From assembly GCA_963822585.1 (NCBI GenBank), contig CAWGIE010000036.1, positions 96,001 through 160,000 of the forward strand: a stretch of 64,000 nt of DNA, written 5' to 3'. The notes beneath the pieces are model-generated. The model was given only the letters and a program-made list of their open reading frames with translations. It was not told the DNA's origin and made no database searches. The translations under genes were made by a program, and so were the position numbers. The stretch's first letter is position 1. Every line of letters begins with the position of its first letter. Source of the DNA: an uncultured bacterium (lineage in GTDB: Bacteria > Auribacterota > Erginobacteria > Erginobacterales > Erginobacteraceae). This document shows positions 50,381-60,602 of the stretch, piece by piece.

Positions 50381-51121
50381 TTAGTGCCCGAGAACACAGT
50401 ACCGGTTCAATCCCAGTATCCGGGCCGGACCGGCGATGGTCGTTCCGTAAAAGACAACCGGCCGATCCAGACCCAGGAAAAGCTCGATTGTTTGGTTGAC
50501 GATGGTGGTACCGGTCACCAGGAGCAGGTCCGCCCATTCGATAATCTCTCCCACGTCCTCCGGCGGCTCGATCAGAATCCCGTACCGGGTCGGCCCGATG
50601 TTCTCCGGATCGAGATCCGTGGCCCGCACCTGGTAGTCACGGGCCAGGGCTTGCAGCAGCCGGGGCTGGAGACCGACCAGGCCCACCCGTTTCACTTTGC
50701 CAAAGGTATCCTCCAGGTACAGCTTCAGGGACGACGCGCATTCTTCCAACTCCTGATCCCGGCAGTGAACGGTGCCCTCGATCAATCCCAGAGAACGCAT
50801 AACCGCATTCAGTGAAGCGATGAAGACCGCCCGCTGGAAATTATTATCCAGGGGCAGATCCGCCACCCCGGCCAGAGAACCGGAATAATTGCCGAAAAGA
50901 TCGGTATAAGCCTGCCCTTTGGCTCCCCGGAATTGCGCCTCCATCAGCCGCTCCTTCCCCTTCAGCAGGGGATAATCGCCCTCACGAGGAGTACCGATCG
51001 CTTCCCCGGGGGTCAAGGCGCGGGCATGAACCCAGATCTCTTCTTCTCCCAGCTCGTGTCTTTTGATCAAATCTTTAAAAAAGTTTTTCAGTCGCTCGTA
51101 GATCATCCTATTCTCCCGCAT
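50381..51121 (-). CDS. DUF364 / Rossmann-like putative metal-binding protein
   Basis: EAIG.P..DYPLLKGKE, A.LNAV, LVTGTTIVN, FYGTTIAG. Confidence 0.7.
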   Translation of the reverse strand: MRENRMIYERLKNFFKDLIKRHELGEEEIWVHARALTPGEAIGTPREGDYPLLKGKERLMEAQFRGAKGQAYTDLFGNYSGSLAGVADLPLDNNFQRAVFIASLNAVMRSLGLIEGTVHCRDQELEECASSLKLYLEDTFGKVKRVGLVGLQPRLLQALARDYQVRATDLDPENIGPTRYGILIEPPEDVGEIIEWADLLLVTGTTIVNQTIELFLGLDRPVVFYGTTIAGPARILGLNRYCVLGH

Positions 51122-51317
51122 CAGAATTATTTTTCAATCAATCGATCTTTATGTATTGCTGCTCGGGAAAACAACATGGAGTACTGGGATGCTGGAGTGA
51201 TGGAGTGTTGGGAACCGGCCCTCCCGGCCTCATCACTCCACAACCCCACTACTCCATCACTCCACCACTCCATTATGGACCTGTCCGAATTCTCAAGCAA
51301 AATATATTATGGCTATT

Positions 51318-52169
51318 TCATGCTGAGGCCAGTAATACCGTATCCCCCACCCGGCCGTTTACATGCCGGGCGACGACGTCGCATTTAATCTTAAAGAAGA
51401 AGAATATCCTCTTCTTCTCACCCCAGAGGGATTCGAAATTACCTTGCCCTTTACTGATGACCAGGTCGGAATTTTGATAGACCCCCGTAAAATCATCTGA
51501 ACATTCCCCCAAAAGTGTCCCGGGAGCATTCACGCCGTTTGTGATCACCCGGCAGATCCGATCCATGCCGACCTGTTCGGCGTCTTTGAAGATAACATCA
51601 TTGAGAACCGGCCCCCCACGAACGGCCGCCGTTATCACGACCGGGTAGTTTTCCTGAATCTCCTCGATCAGGAGTCGGTCGAAGACTATCTCCCCCGCGT
51701 TATCACAGAGGTAAAGCAACGTCTCAGACCGGTCGAGGGCGGTTAGAAAAACGTCATACTCGAATGCGCCGAACTCAGACCGCAGAACAACCTCAATTTC
51801 TTCCTGCAGATCGAAGGCGCGGGGAATACCGTAATCGATTATATTGCCGGCGATGGCCAGGCGCGCCGCCATCCGAAGGGGATCGGAAGCTTGCCTGATT
51901 CTCTTTTTCAATGCCGGGTATAATTCCAACGCATACCGATTCGACTTTTCGCGGATCTCACGGAAGGGATCACGACCGGCCCGTTTCATGATCGAGGCAT
52001 AAAGAGATCGGGCAATCTCGGGGGGCGTACTCTCTATCGAAAAATCAGAGAGCCGCATACCGAATTCCACCAGAAGAGCCCGCTGATCTTTCTCACTCAA
52101 GCCTGTCAGGCGAGCAGTTCGCAGCACCTGTTTAAAAAAACAGGGAATACAGTCAAGATATGTTCTCAT
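51318..52169 (-). CDS. ARMT1-like / DUF89 damage-control phosphatase
   Basis: CIPCF, AIAGNIIDY, DNAGEIVFD, ISKGQGNFESL, KC..VA. Confidence 0.9.
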   Translation of the reverse strand: MRTYLDCIPCFFKQVLRTARLTGLSEKDQRALLVEFGMRLSDFSIESTPPEIARSLYASIMKRAGRDPFREIREKSNRYALELYPALKKRIRQASDPLRMAARLAIAGNIIDYGIPRAFDLQEEIEVVLRSEFGAFEYDVFLTALDRSETLLYLCDNAGEIVFDRLLIEEIQENYPVVITAAVRGGPVLNDVIFKDAEQVGMDRICRVITNGVNAPGTLLGECSDDFTGVYQNSDLVISKGQGNFESLWGEKKRIFFFFKIKCDVVARHVNGRVGDTVLLASA

Positions 52170-52469
52170 TACAAGTTAGCGCCTCCGGCGCAACTTGTAG
52201 TGGAAAGTGTAATGTTTAAAGTGTAATGATACTTTCCACTTTATATTTCACACTACGTTATCGGAATTCCGAAGCAGAAAATAGCGGCTTCGCCGCTCAT
52301 TTAGTGAATTTCCGCTTTTAAACTTAACAGATTGATGATAGTCCACAAATTAGTTCATGTCCAACAGATCAATCCGCAACGGTAAGCTTTTAGCATTATA
52401 TAGAACAACAAAAATTGTTACTTTGGTTGCTTTAATTAGGCCTTTCGTTCGCGATTTGATACATCCCGG

Positions 52470-53300
52470 TCAAAAACGGTAAACACCGCCGGTCATCAAC
52501 GGCTGAAAATACCCTTTGAAGGCATCTCCCAGAACTTTTTCCGCCTTCTCTCCCGTGCAATGGCCGGCGAAGATCTTTTCCGTTCCCTCTTTCTTCAAAA
52601 GACGGACGACCCCGGCCAAGACGGAATGATCCGCCGAGCGCAGATGCAGTCCGCCGATCACCGACGCGACCTTTCTCCCCGACCACAAAGTATGAGCATG
52701 GAGCACGGTGTTGGTCAGCCCGGCGTGACAGCAGCCGGTGATCAGGATCATCTCTTCCCTGGTCATTATCGCCATAAACTGCTCCTCCCGGAAGGGGTCC
52801 GGAAGATATTTTCTTCCCTCCCGGACGGTGAGAAACGGTTCATCTCCTTCCCCCCGGGTGGAACGGGCCACTTCCCCGGATAGAAAAATCCCGGGGAAGA
52901 TCTCTCTCATACGGGAACTAAAATCTAAGATTCCCCCTTGTTTCTCCAGTGCCACCGCTGTGTCAGGAATCCCGATGTATCGGGGAGACTTCCCTTCCCG
53001 GACGCGGTACTGTTTCCGGCCGAATACTCCCGGATGAGTGAAGATCTTCTTCGGGCCGCTTATCCCGAGGATTGATTTCAAGCCTCCGGTGTGATCATAA
53101 TGCCCGTGGCTGAGGACGATGCCCTCTATATCCGTCAGATCGATCCCCAACCGGCGCGCGTTATCAGCCGCCGTCGGGCCCTGGCCGGTATCAAAGAGTA
53201 GTTTCCTGCCGTCTCTATCGAGAAACAGGGAAAGACCATGCTCCATCGCCAGGCCGGGAACGGCACTCCTCTCTTCCGCCAGTACCGTCACCTCAAGCAT
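52470..53300 (-). CDS. MBL-fold metallo-hydrolase (COG1237-like)
   Basis: EHGLS, FDTGQ, LSHGHYDHTGGL, TGCCHAG, GGLHL, GHCTG. Confidence 0.88.
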   Translation of the reverse strand: MLEVTVLAEERSAVPGLAMEHGLSLFLDRDGRKLLFDTGQGPTAADNARRLGIDLTDIEGIVLSHGHYDHTGGLKSILGISGPKKIFTHPGVFGRKQYRVREGKSPRYIGIPDTAVALEKQGGILDFSSRMREIFPGIFLSGEVARSTRGEGDEPFLTVREGRKYLPDPFREEQFMAIMTREEMILITGCCHAGLTNTVLHAHTLWSGRKVASVIGGLHLRSADHSVLAGVVRLLKKEGTEKIFAGHCTGEKAEKVLGDAFKGYFQPLMTGGVYRF

Positions 53301-54042
53301 GGGGTTCAGCCTTCCCTCTTTGATCCCTGAAGGCCGTGCAGCGCCGCACCCCTTTCACCTGGCGATAAGAAGCTCCCTGACTGATATACCGGAGAGCCTC
53401 TTCCGGGTTATCGACCCGGGCACCGGAAATGGCGTCTACCCCGTATCGGAAGAGAACCGGAGAGAAGGGTGTCGATGGACCAAGCATCACGGTGTATGCC
53501 TGCGGACAGTATGAGAGGAGTCCCTCGGCGGTATGGTTGATAAAGGAACTGCCGGTAATGGCGACCACATCGGCCCGGGGGAGAATCTTTTTTGCTTCTC
53601 TCAATCCCTCTTCCCCTTCCCAGGGCGAGCGGCTGATGATCCAGAGTTTCTTAACCTCGGGACGGATCTTCTGCAAGAAAGGGAAGTCGCCGACCACGGC
53701 CACCTTCTTACCCCGGCCCTGCTCGAGCACAATCCGGGCGGCGTTGATCTCCCGGAAGTCGAACTTCGAGACATCGGTCAGTGAGTTGATGACGGCCATT
53801 CCCAGGGAAGCTTCCAGCAGACGGTCGGAGAGCGCGTAGCGGGCCAGCTCCCGGGCCTCCATCCCGATCAACTCTCCCGCTCTTCGGACCCAGGCCGGCG
53901 ACGATCCCGAACAGGGGTCGCGGAAGGAAGAGGAGAGACCCCACTCCCGGCTCTTGACGGCGATATCGAAGGCGCAGATATGGACTTCGTCAACCCGCGG
54001 CTCCCCCGAAAGTGTTTCGATAATCTCCTCTAATAACTTCAT
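53293..54042 (-). CDS. DUF364 / Rossmann-like putative metal-binding protein
   Basis: EASLGMAVINS, VAVVG.FP, ADVVAITGS..INHT, LGPSTP. Confidence 0.8.
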   Translation of the reverse strand: MKLLEEIIETLSGEPRVDEVHICAFDIAVKSREWGLSSSFRDPCSGSSPAWVRRAGELIGMEARELARYALSDRLLEASLGMAVINSLTDVSKFDFREINAARIVLEQGRGKKVAVVGDFPFLQKIRPEVKKLWIISRSPWEGEEGLREAKKILPRADVVAITGSSFINHTAEGLLSYCPQAYTVMLGPSTPFSPVLFRYGVDAISGARVDNPEEALRYISQGASYRQVKGVRRCTAFRDQRGKAEPHA

Positions 54043-54051
54043 GCCTTATTA

Positions 54052-54297
54052 CTATGACCGGGCCATTGCTGCCCCGCATTTCGGGCACTTGGTCTCGGTA
54101 CAGGGAACGCCGACCTGATGGGGAGCGATAGCGCCACACGCCGGGCAGACGCATCCTCCACCGGGGCCGGCACCCGGTCGGGTGCCACCCATTCTCCCCC
54201 TGCCCCCACCTCTTCCCATTCCCGCGCCGCCCATTCCTTTACCCGTTCCCGGTCCTCCCCCTCCTTTTGGTCCTGTTCCATCTCCAAACGGCATCAT
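54052..54297 (-). CDS. DUF5320-like Gly-rich protein with Cys-rich zinc-finger tail
   Basis: MPFGDGTGP.G.G…CVCPACG…GVPC…CPKCG..M.R. Confidence 0.75.
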   Translation of the reverse strand: MMPFGDGTGPKGGGGPGTGKGMGGAGMGRGGGRGRMGGTRPGAGPGGGCVCPACGAIAPHQVGVPCTETKCPKCGAAMARS

Positions 54298-54699
54298 TGC
54301 ACCTCCTATAATTTTTACTCCGTAAAAATTATATTGTTTTATACTCGATATCTAAAAAGCAAAAGGCTGCTCGAATAATATTTCGAAGAGGAAATTCTAA
54401 ATCCTAATATCGAAATTCTAAATAAATCATAAATCCAAATGAACAAAGGTTCCAAATAGCGCGGGCGGTGGCGTGTTCATTTTGGATTTATGATTTTGGT
54501 CATTTGATATTATTTAGGATTTAGTATTTAGATATTAGGATTTTAGAGCTTACTAATGAGAACCCTAAGTAGTAGACGTTTATAATCTAAGCTATTTCTA
54601 TGTCCCATTGGCAAGATAAGTCTTGCAACGTTAATCGCAGTATAAAAATGTCTACTATTTAGGGTTCTGAGTAATAAAAGCTTTTCTAGTAAGCTCTAT

Positions 54700-55149
54700 C
54701 TATATGAGACTTTTTCTGTTCAACAACAGATAGTTGGCAACCGCGTTGTGGAGAGTACCCACCGCCAGAATAGAACAGTGAAGATGATCCTCCGGCAGCC
54801 CTCCCAGGTCGTCTATCAGCACTGCCGGGGAGATGGCCAGAACTTCCATCAGGGTCTTTCCCCGGGCCAATGCGGTAACGGCGCTCCCGACCGCGATCGT
54901 AGCTTCACAACCGTCGGTTTCAAAACCCGCATCCTTTACTCGGTCGTCTTTTATCTTCAGATAGATCTTCATCGTATCCCCGCAAATCCCCCGGATAATC
55001 CCGAATCCGTTCGGCTCCGGGATCACTCCCCTGTTGACCGGGTTCTCAAACAGCTCGATCACCCGGGGGGAGTATATCTTGCGGTACTGCTCCATGAGTG
55101 CGTCCCGCAGCTCGCGCTCGATGTCGTTCTTTTTTTTATCTTTATTCAT
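54700..55149 (-). CDS. IscU/NifU-like Fe-S scaffold
   Basis: YS..V.E.F.NP.N.G, GICGDTM, TDGC, HCS.LA; likely start MNKDK at 55149. Confidence 0.85.
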   Translation of the reverse strand: MNKDKKKNDIERELRDALMEQYRKIYSPRVIELFENPVNRGVIPEPNGFGIIRGICGDTMKIYLKIKDDRVKDAGFETDGCEATIAVGSAVTALARGKTLMEVLAISPAVLIDDLGGLPEDHLHCSILAVGTLHNAVANYLLLNRKSLI

Positions 55150-55340
55150 GGCTCGACATGGATAAATATGGATTCGATTCTCGGTTAACCAATAATAAGG
55201 AGTAATGGAGTACTGGAGTGGTGGAAGACTGAGATCCCGGGTGACGGCCGGCGGCGCTTTTTTCATCATTCCATCACTCCATTATAACTCATTGATCATA
55301 ATTCCGGCATGAAAAGCCGCTCCACAGGGAAGATAGTCCT

Positions 55341-55721
55341 TCATTCCGCGTGATCGCACTCCTCCTTCTCTACCCCGTAACCTTTTCCGTCTCCCGGGTG
55401 GCAGAGTGACTCACCTCCCTCCAGTTTTCCGGCAGCCAATTTCGCGATCGTCTCCTCGATCGGGCCGGTGACGCCGGCAATGGCTCTAATACCCAGCTGC
55501 TGAAATAGTTCCTGAGCCCTCATTCCCATCCCTCCGGCGACGATCGCCTCGACCCCCATCTCATGAAAAAACTTCGGGAGAAACCCCGGGTGATGGCCGG
55601 GATTGGGGATAATACTCCTCTCTTTAACTTCGCAGTCCACAATATTCACCAGGGTGAATTCCGGGCATCGGCCAAAATGGGCGGAGACCCGTCCGCTATC
55701 AGTTGAGATAATAACTTTCAT
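55341..55721 (-). CDS. NifB/NifX-family cluster-binding protein
   Basis: VSAHFGRCPEF, NPGH.PG, AGGMG.RA. Confidence 0.88.
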   Translation of the reverse strand: MKVIISTDSGRVSAHFGRCPEFTLVNIVDCEVKERSIIPNPGHHPGFLPKFFHEMGVEAIVAGGMGMRAQELFQQLGIRAIAGVTGPIEETIAKLAAGKLEGGESLCHPGDGKGYGVEKEECDHAE

Positions 55722-55853
55722 AATAAATAATCTCCTTATTAAATGAGCGCCTGCGGCGCTAATTTAGTTTTGAACAATGAACATCGTTTATACTTAATAG
55801 TCAGCGTTAGTTCAATGCCTGCTCATTCTTATTTCTTTCTCCGCCCCGAAGCA

Positions 55854-56714
55854 TTAATCGGGGGTAGAAGAAATAAGAGCAATAATATCGTTTAAAGCTC
55901 GCGCCGTCTTCGAGTCCGGGTACTCATCCACAAACGGCTTTCCCGTATCCCCGCTGATGACGAAACGAGGATCGACCGGGATCCGGCCTAAAAAGGGGAG
56001 GCCCAGTTCCCGGGCGGCGGCCTCGCCGCCGCCGCTTCCGAACAACTCAATCTCCCGGCCGCAATGAGGACAGCGGAAACCGCTCATATTTTCAATAATA
56101 CCGAGGATCGGAACCTTGATCTGCCGGGCAAAATCAACACACTTGCGGCCGTCAAGAAGAGCCACCTCCTGCGATGTGGTAACGATGATCGCCCCTTTGA
56201 GATCGGGGATCAGCTGGGCAACGCTCAAAGGTTCATCCCCGGTACCGGGGGGGAGATCGACCACCAGGTAATCAAGATCCCCCCATTGAAAATCACTTAG
56301 AAACTGCCTGATCATCTGCATCTTTAACGGTCCCCGCCAGATAACGGCCCGCCCGGGATCATCGATTAGAAAAGACATGCTCACCATCTTCAGGCGCGGA
56401 CGAATCGGGATCGGCTCAATCGCGCTCGTCCGGCCGGGGGAAAATCTTCTCCCTTCGCTCCCCAGCATGATGGCCACATTAGGTCCGTGAATATCCGCGT
56501 CGAGAAGCCCGACCGTGAACCCGTCCCGGGCCAATCCGGCCGCCAGATTGACGGCAACGGTGGTCTTGCCGACGCCGCCCTTGCCGCTGATTATCATGAT
56601 CGTATTTTTTATCCGGGCCAGACTCTTTTCAAGCCGCAGACGCTGTTCATACTGCTCCTGGTTCTCTCCCTGCTTCCGGTGCAATTCGTAACCTTTACCG
56701 TCCGTATTATTCAT
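55854..56714 (-). CDS. Mrp/NBP35 (ApbC) Fe-S carrier ATPase
   Basis: [37 protein letters not shown]. Confidence 0.92.
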   Translation of the reverse strand: MNNTDGKGYELHRKQGENQEQYEQRLRLEKSLARIKNTIMIISGKGGVGKTTVAVNLAAGLARDGFTVGLLDADIHGPNVAIMLGSEGRRFSPGRTSAIEPIPIRPRLKMVSMSFLIDDPGRAVIWRGPLKMQMIRQFLSDFQWGDLDYLVVDLPPGTGDEPLSVAQLIPDLKGAIIVTTSQEVALLDGRKCVDFARQIKVPILGIIENMSGFRCPHCGREIELFGSGGGEAAARELGLPFLGRIPVDPRFVISGDTGKPFVDEYPDSKTARALNDIIALISSTPD

Positions 56715-57582
56715 AAAGCACCTCTCTCACCCGGTGATAGAGAGCCTCCAGAGTCCGCCGCAGGTCCTCCGTCGCCAGCTCCACGGCCGGTTTCTGTGCG
56801 ACGGTTGCCGCACGGAATACCTCATCATACGGAATCTTTCCCGCCACCGGGAGACCATTATCGGCGCTGAACCGTTCGACATCCCGGGCCAGACTCCGGT
56901 CGAGATCGTACCGGTTGATTACGATCATCGTCTTCATCCGAAAGAAATCCAGCAGCCGGCAGACCCTCTCCAGATCGGCCAGTGCGCCCAGACCGGGCTC
57001 CGTCACCACCAGAGCGAGATCGCAGCCGCTTACGCTGGCGATCACCCGGCAGCCGAGGCCGGGTGAACCGTCCAGGAGGAGAAGGGTACCGGGGTCGGCC
57101 ACCGCAATCTGCTCGCCTTTCATCCGCAGGGCGGTAACCAGTCCTCCGAAGCCGGGCTGCCCGGGGCGGAGACGGGCGTGAAAAAACCGGCCGTACGGGG
57201 TTTGCCTTTCAAAGATGGTGGCCGCCGGACGGTCCGTCATCGTTACCGCCCCCGTACCGCAGACCAGCGCGCAGACCCCGCAACCCACGCATTTCAGAGG
57301 GTCGACTTCACAGCCGGTGATGGCGCCGAAGGGACAGGACCGGTCACATGCCGCCGGCTCGGCAATCTTCGAACGATCGATGACCGCCAGTTTCGGGCCG
57401 GAAAAGGTCTCTTCCCCGACCACTCTTCCTCCCAAGAGAAGATGAAGGTTCGGCGCGTCCACGTCGCAATCAACCGTGACCGGCGATCGGCCGGCCAGGC
57501 GGGTCTCCAGCGCGGCAAAACAGCCGGTGATACTGGTCTTACCGGTCCCTCCTTTGCCGCTAATGACGACTACTTGCCTCAT
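56707..57582 (-). CDS. COG1149 MinD-like ATPase with ferredoxin domain
   Basis: [40 protein letters not shown]. Confidence 0.88.
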   Translation of the reverse strand: MRQVVVISGKGGTGKTSITGCFAALETRLAGRSPVTVDCDVDAPNLHLLLGGRVVGEETFSGPKLAVIDRSKIAEPAACDRSCPFGAITGCEVDPLKCVGCGVCALVCGTGAVTMTDRPAATIFERQTPYGRFFHARLRPGQPGFGGLVTALRMKGEQIAVADPGTLLLLDGSPGLGCRVIASVSGCDLALVVTEPGLGALADLERVCRLLDFFRMKTMIVINRYDLDRSLARDVERFSADNGLPVAGKIPYDEVFRAATVAQKPAVELATEDLRRTLEALYHRVREVLYE

Positions 57583-57974
57583 AAAATTTTTCCTTCAAAA
57601 AAATTTTAGTTTTGAATAATGCCCACAATCAAAAAGGTAGAAATATCAGAACAGGGCCAAGGCCTGCTTCGGGATTTTCAGCCTGAGTCTGATGCGCCTC
57701 CGGCGCACAATAATCTAATTTTTCCTCTGGAAAAATAAGAGTGGAAAAGCAATTAATCAACCTTGCCGAAATATTTTAAAAAGTAAATTCGTGTAATTCG
57801 CGAAATTCGTAGTTTTTTTAGTCGCCCGAGCCCCGGTAAACCGGGGTAGACTGCGCGAGGGCTAAGTTCCTGTTTCTGAATTTCAATAAAGCTGTGTAAA
57901 GTATCAGGTGTCAGGTGTAAAGATCCATTACACTTTACACTTTAAACTTTACACTACAAGTTGCGCCGGAGGCG

Positions 57975-58808
57975 CTAACTTGTTTTTCTGATATCCTCCC
58001 AGAGCTCTCGCAACCTCGGTGTCCAGGATGGGGCATTTTCCTGGAGGGTCTGGCCCCGAGCGGCCGACCGGGCGATCCCGATCTCAAATGGAATCTCCAG
58101 AAGGAGGGGAATTTTTTCAGCGCCGCACCATTCGCTCACCCCGCGGTAGACGTCAGCCGACCTGTTGACGATCACCCCGATCGGGATATCCAGAAGCCGG
58201 GCCAACTCCACATTTCCCCTGAGGTCCTCAAGCCCGAACGGAGTCGGCTCGGTGACAAGCAGGCAGAAGTCGCTTCCCCGGAGCGCCTCCAGAGCGGGAC
58301 GGCCGTTCCCTGGGGGACAGTCGATGATGGTATCGGCGGAGGAAGAAAGACGTTCTTTTACGGCCCGGATCACCTCCACGGTCCTCTGCTCTCCCACCTT
58401 CAGCTCCCCCATCACGCATTCAATTCCGTCCCGGCCGCTCCCCACCCTGACGGTGCCGACTTGGTGAGCCGCCGGCCGTAGGGATTGCTGAGGGCAGAGA
58501 AGAAAACAGCCGCCGCAGGCCGTGCAGAGGGAGGGGAAAACCAGCATCTCGTCATTGACGACCGCCAGGGCCCCGTACCGGCAGAAGTCCGCGCCGGCCT
58601 GACATGCCTCCCCCTTCCATTTCCGCCAGGTCGGGATTTGGATATCGACCCGGTCGCTCCGCCGGGGGGTGAACTTCAGAAAAATATGGGCGTTCGGCTC
58701 CTCAACGTCACAATCCCCGAACCAGACCGGCGCGGCGGTCCGGGCCAGGCTGGTCGAGACCAGTGTCTTGCCCACGCCGCCCTTTCCGCCGGCAACCGCT
58801 ACTATCAC
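57975..58808 (-). CDS. COG1149 MinD-like ATPase with ferredoxin domain
   Basis: [40 protein letters not shown]. Confidence 0.88.
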   Translation of the reverse strand: MIVAVAGGKGGVGKTLVSTSLARTAAPVWFGDCDVEEPNAHIFLKFTPRRSDRVDIQIPTWRKWKGEACQAGADFCRYGALAVVNDEMLVFPSLCTACGGCFLLCPQQSLRPAAHQVGTVRVGSGRDGIECVMGELKVGEQRTVEVIRAVKERLSSSADTIIDCPPGNGRPALEALRGSDFCLLVTEPTPFGLEDLRGNVELARLLDIPIGVIVNRSADVYRGVSEWCGAEKIPLLLEIPFEIGIARSAARGQTLQENAPSWTPRLRELWEDIRKTS

Positions 58809-59179
58809 CGGCCGCCTCCCATGCCGTGATGGGCGCCGACCGTGGCGGAGGGGGATTCGCTCAATTTTCCGGCTTTTAACGCTTCCGCCGCCTGCCGGAC
58901 GGTCCCCGATGCTCCCGTATAGACTTTCACCCCCGCGGCGCCGAGGACCCGGGCCGCGTTGGGTCCGATATTCCCGGTCACGACCGCCGCGACACCGAGC
59001 GAGGAGACAAACTGTCCCGCCTGGATTCCGGCGCCCCCCATCGCGGCGCGTGATTCATTCGAATGAGCGGTGATCTCCATCGACTCCGTGTCGACAACAA
59101 CAAAATAGGCGCAGCGGCCGAAACGGGGATCCGAAGCCGATGACAACTCGGGACCCGTGGACGTAATCACTATCTTCAT
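58805..59179 (-). CDS. NifB/NifX-family cluster-binding protein
   Basis: DPRFGRCAYF, GGAGIQA, TGNIGPNA. Confidence 0.9.
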   Translation of the reverse strand: MKIVITSTGPELSSASDPRFGRCAYFVVVDTESMEITAHSNESRAAMGGAGIQAGQFVSSLGVAAVVTGNIGPNAARVLGAAGVKVYTGASGTVRQAAEALKAGKLSESPSATVGAHHGMGGGR

Positions 59180-59340
59180 AAATAATTACTCCTTTTTAGA
59201 AAATTATCTGTTTAAAAGAATAATTTTACCACGAAGAACACGAAGGACACGAAGAAGAAATAAAGTAGTCACCCACTATATCTTTCTATAATTATCTTCG
59301 TGTCCCTCGTGTTCTTCGTGGTTTTCATGGCCTTGAGGCG

Positions 59341-59715
59341 TTAGGATTCGTCCGCACCGGATTTACCGGTCTTCCCGATCTCCTCCATCCGCTGCCGGAT
59401 AGCCTCCAGTTCTTCCTGCAGTTCCCGAGCCTGCTGCTCCAGGAAGCCGCGCTCAACCGCCGGATCGGGCGGATTCGCGGTTCCGGGGGAGAACTGATAA
59501 TACGGCCCCGGGGCGAATGTTCTCCAGCCGAAGCCGCGGCCGCCGCCCCAGGCTCGTCCCCGACCGCCGCCCCGGGGATACCCTCCCCGTCCGACGCCGT
59601 AATAGGCGCCGCGGTTAAACATCATTCCGGGTCCGGACCCGGGAGAGCAATAGCCAAAGCCTCCCCCGGTACGCGGCCCCATACCCATCGGACCAGTTCC
59701 ATTAAAACCTGGCAT
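59341..59715 (-). CDS. DUF5320 family protein
   Basis: MPGFNGTGPMGMGPRTGGGFGYC, Gly/Arg-rich, C-terminal coiled coil; GGAGG SD before ATG 59715. Confidence 0.85.
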   Translation of the reverse strand: MPGFNGTGPMGMGPRTGGGFGYCSPGSGPGMMFNRGAYYGVGRGGYPRGGGRGRAWGGGRGFGWRTFAPGPYYQFSPGTANPPDPAVERGFLEQQARELQEELEAIRQRMEEIGKTGKSGADES

Positions 59716-59829
59716 GTTATACCTCCTTCCCATTATTCTCCTGCGGAGAATAATGGATTAAAATTTGCATGGCATTGATAACGCGCATCTATTGTTGTCT
59801 CATCCTGAAAAAGCCCCTCGACTGCTTCA

Positions 59830-60213
59830 TCAAATCCCACCCCGGCGGGCACCTCCTCTTCCGCCGTGAGCACGGCAACGGCCCCCACCAAACCCGCGCA
59901 CGGGCCCCAATCGACGATCCGGAGAGAGCTGATAACTGCCCCCCTCGATCATGATCGCGCGGCCATAAACCAGGGCCCCGGCTGTCTTCCCGTGGGCTGA
60001 GTTTAAAATACGCCCGAAGGTGGCGCGGGAGACATTCATCCGGGCGGCGGCCTGTTCCTGATCGAGTCCTTCGACGTCGTAGAGCCGCATCGCTTCATAC
60101 TCGTCCACCCCGAGCCGCGTTACCTCCAGGGCCGCCAGGGGAATCCCCCGCGGCTTGAAGTAATCAGCCCCCGGCATTGAGTCAATGAATCGGCACTTCG
60201 GCGGTCGAGGCAT
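59830..60213 (-). CDS. DUF134 HTH DNA-binding protein
   Basis: MPRPPKCR, FKPRG, EYEAMRL.D..GL.QE.AA..M.VSR.TF.RI..A. Confidence 0.92.
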   Translation of the reverse strand: MPRPPKCRFIDSMPGADYFKPRGIPLAALEVTRLGVDEYEAMRLYDVEGLDQEQAAARMNVSRATFGRILNSAHGKTAGALVYGRAIMIEGGSYQLSPDRRLGPVRGFGGGRCRAHGGRGGARRGGI

Positions 60214-60231
60214 GGTAATCTCCTTCTATTT

Positions 60232-60266
60232 ATTATGAGCATATGCTCATAATCATATTCTGTCAA
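60232..60266 (-). promoter_or_regulatory. sigma70 promoter with overlapping 22-bp palindromic operator
   Basis: TTGACA (60266-60261)-17 bp-TATGCT (60243-60238); perfect palindrome ATTATGAGCATATGCTCATAAT at 60232-60253. Confidence 0.8.
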
Positions 60267-60602
60267 CCCCTGAATGGAATTTTTTTCTTTTCAATGCGGT
60301 TGAAGAGGAAAAATAAGCGGAGAGATTCCCGGCTGTGCTGCCGCACAGGCGATACCTATTTTTCCGGAAAAAATCAGACCGGGACATGTACCGGGTCACG
60401 GCGGAGGGGAGAAACCGGGTGGTGACGGCGGAGTAACGATGATAAATTTCGAAACCCGAATGTCGAAACCCGAATGAATTCCGAATAACAAATGAGTAAA
60501 ATCCTCATTTCCCCCGTCTAAGTGGCGTGAAGGCCACGAAGTGATTTCGTAAAACATTGAGTCCACATTTTGTTTATTATTTCTACTATATCTTCGTGCT
60601 CT

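Noticed and set aside
57606..57630. Second copy of the DUF134 operator (TTTTGAATAATGCCCACAA)
   Set aside because: Needs a gap and several mismatches against the 60232 palindrome; too weak without a motif model.
55341..59179. Nitrogen-fixation cluster
   Set aside because: Only NifX-like and IscU-like accessory folds are present; no nifHDK or nifEN.
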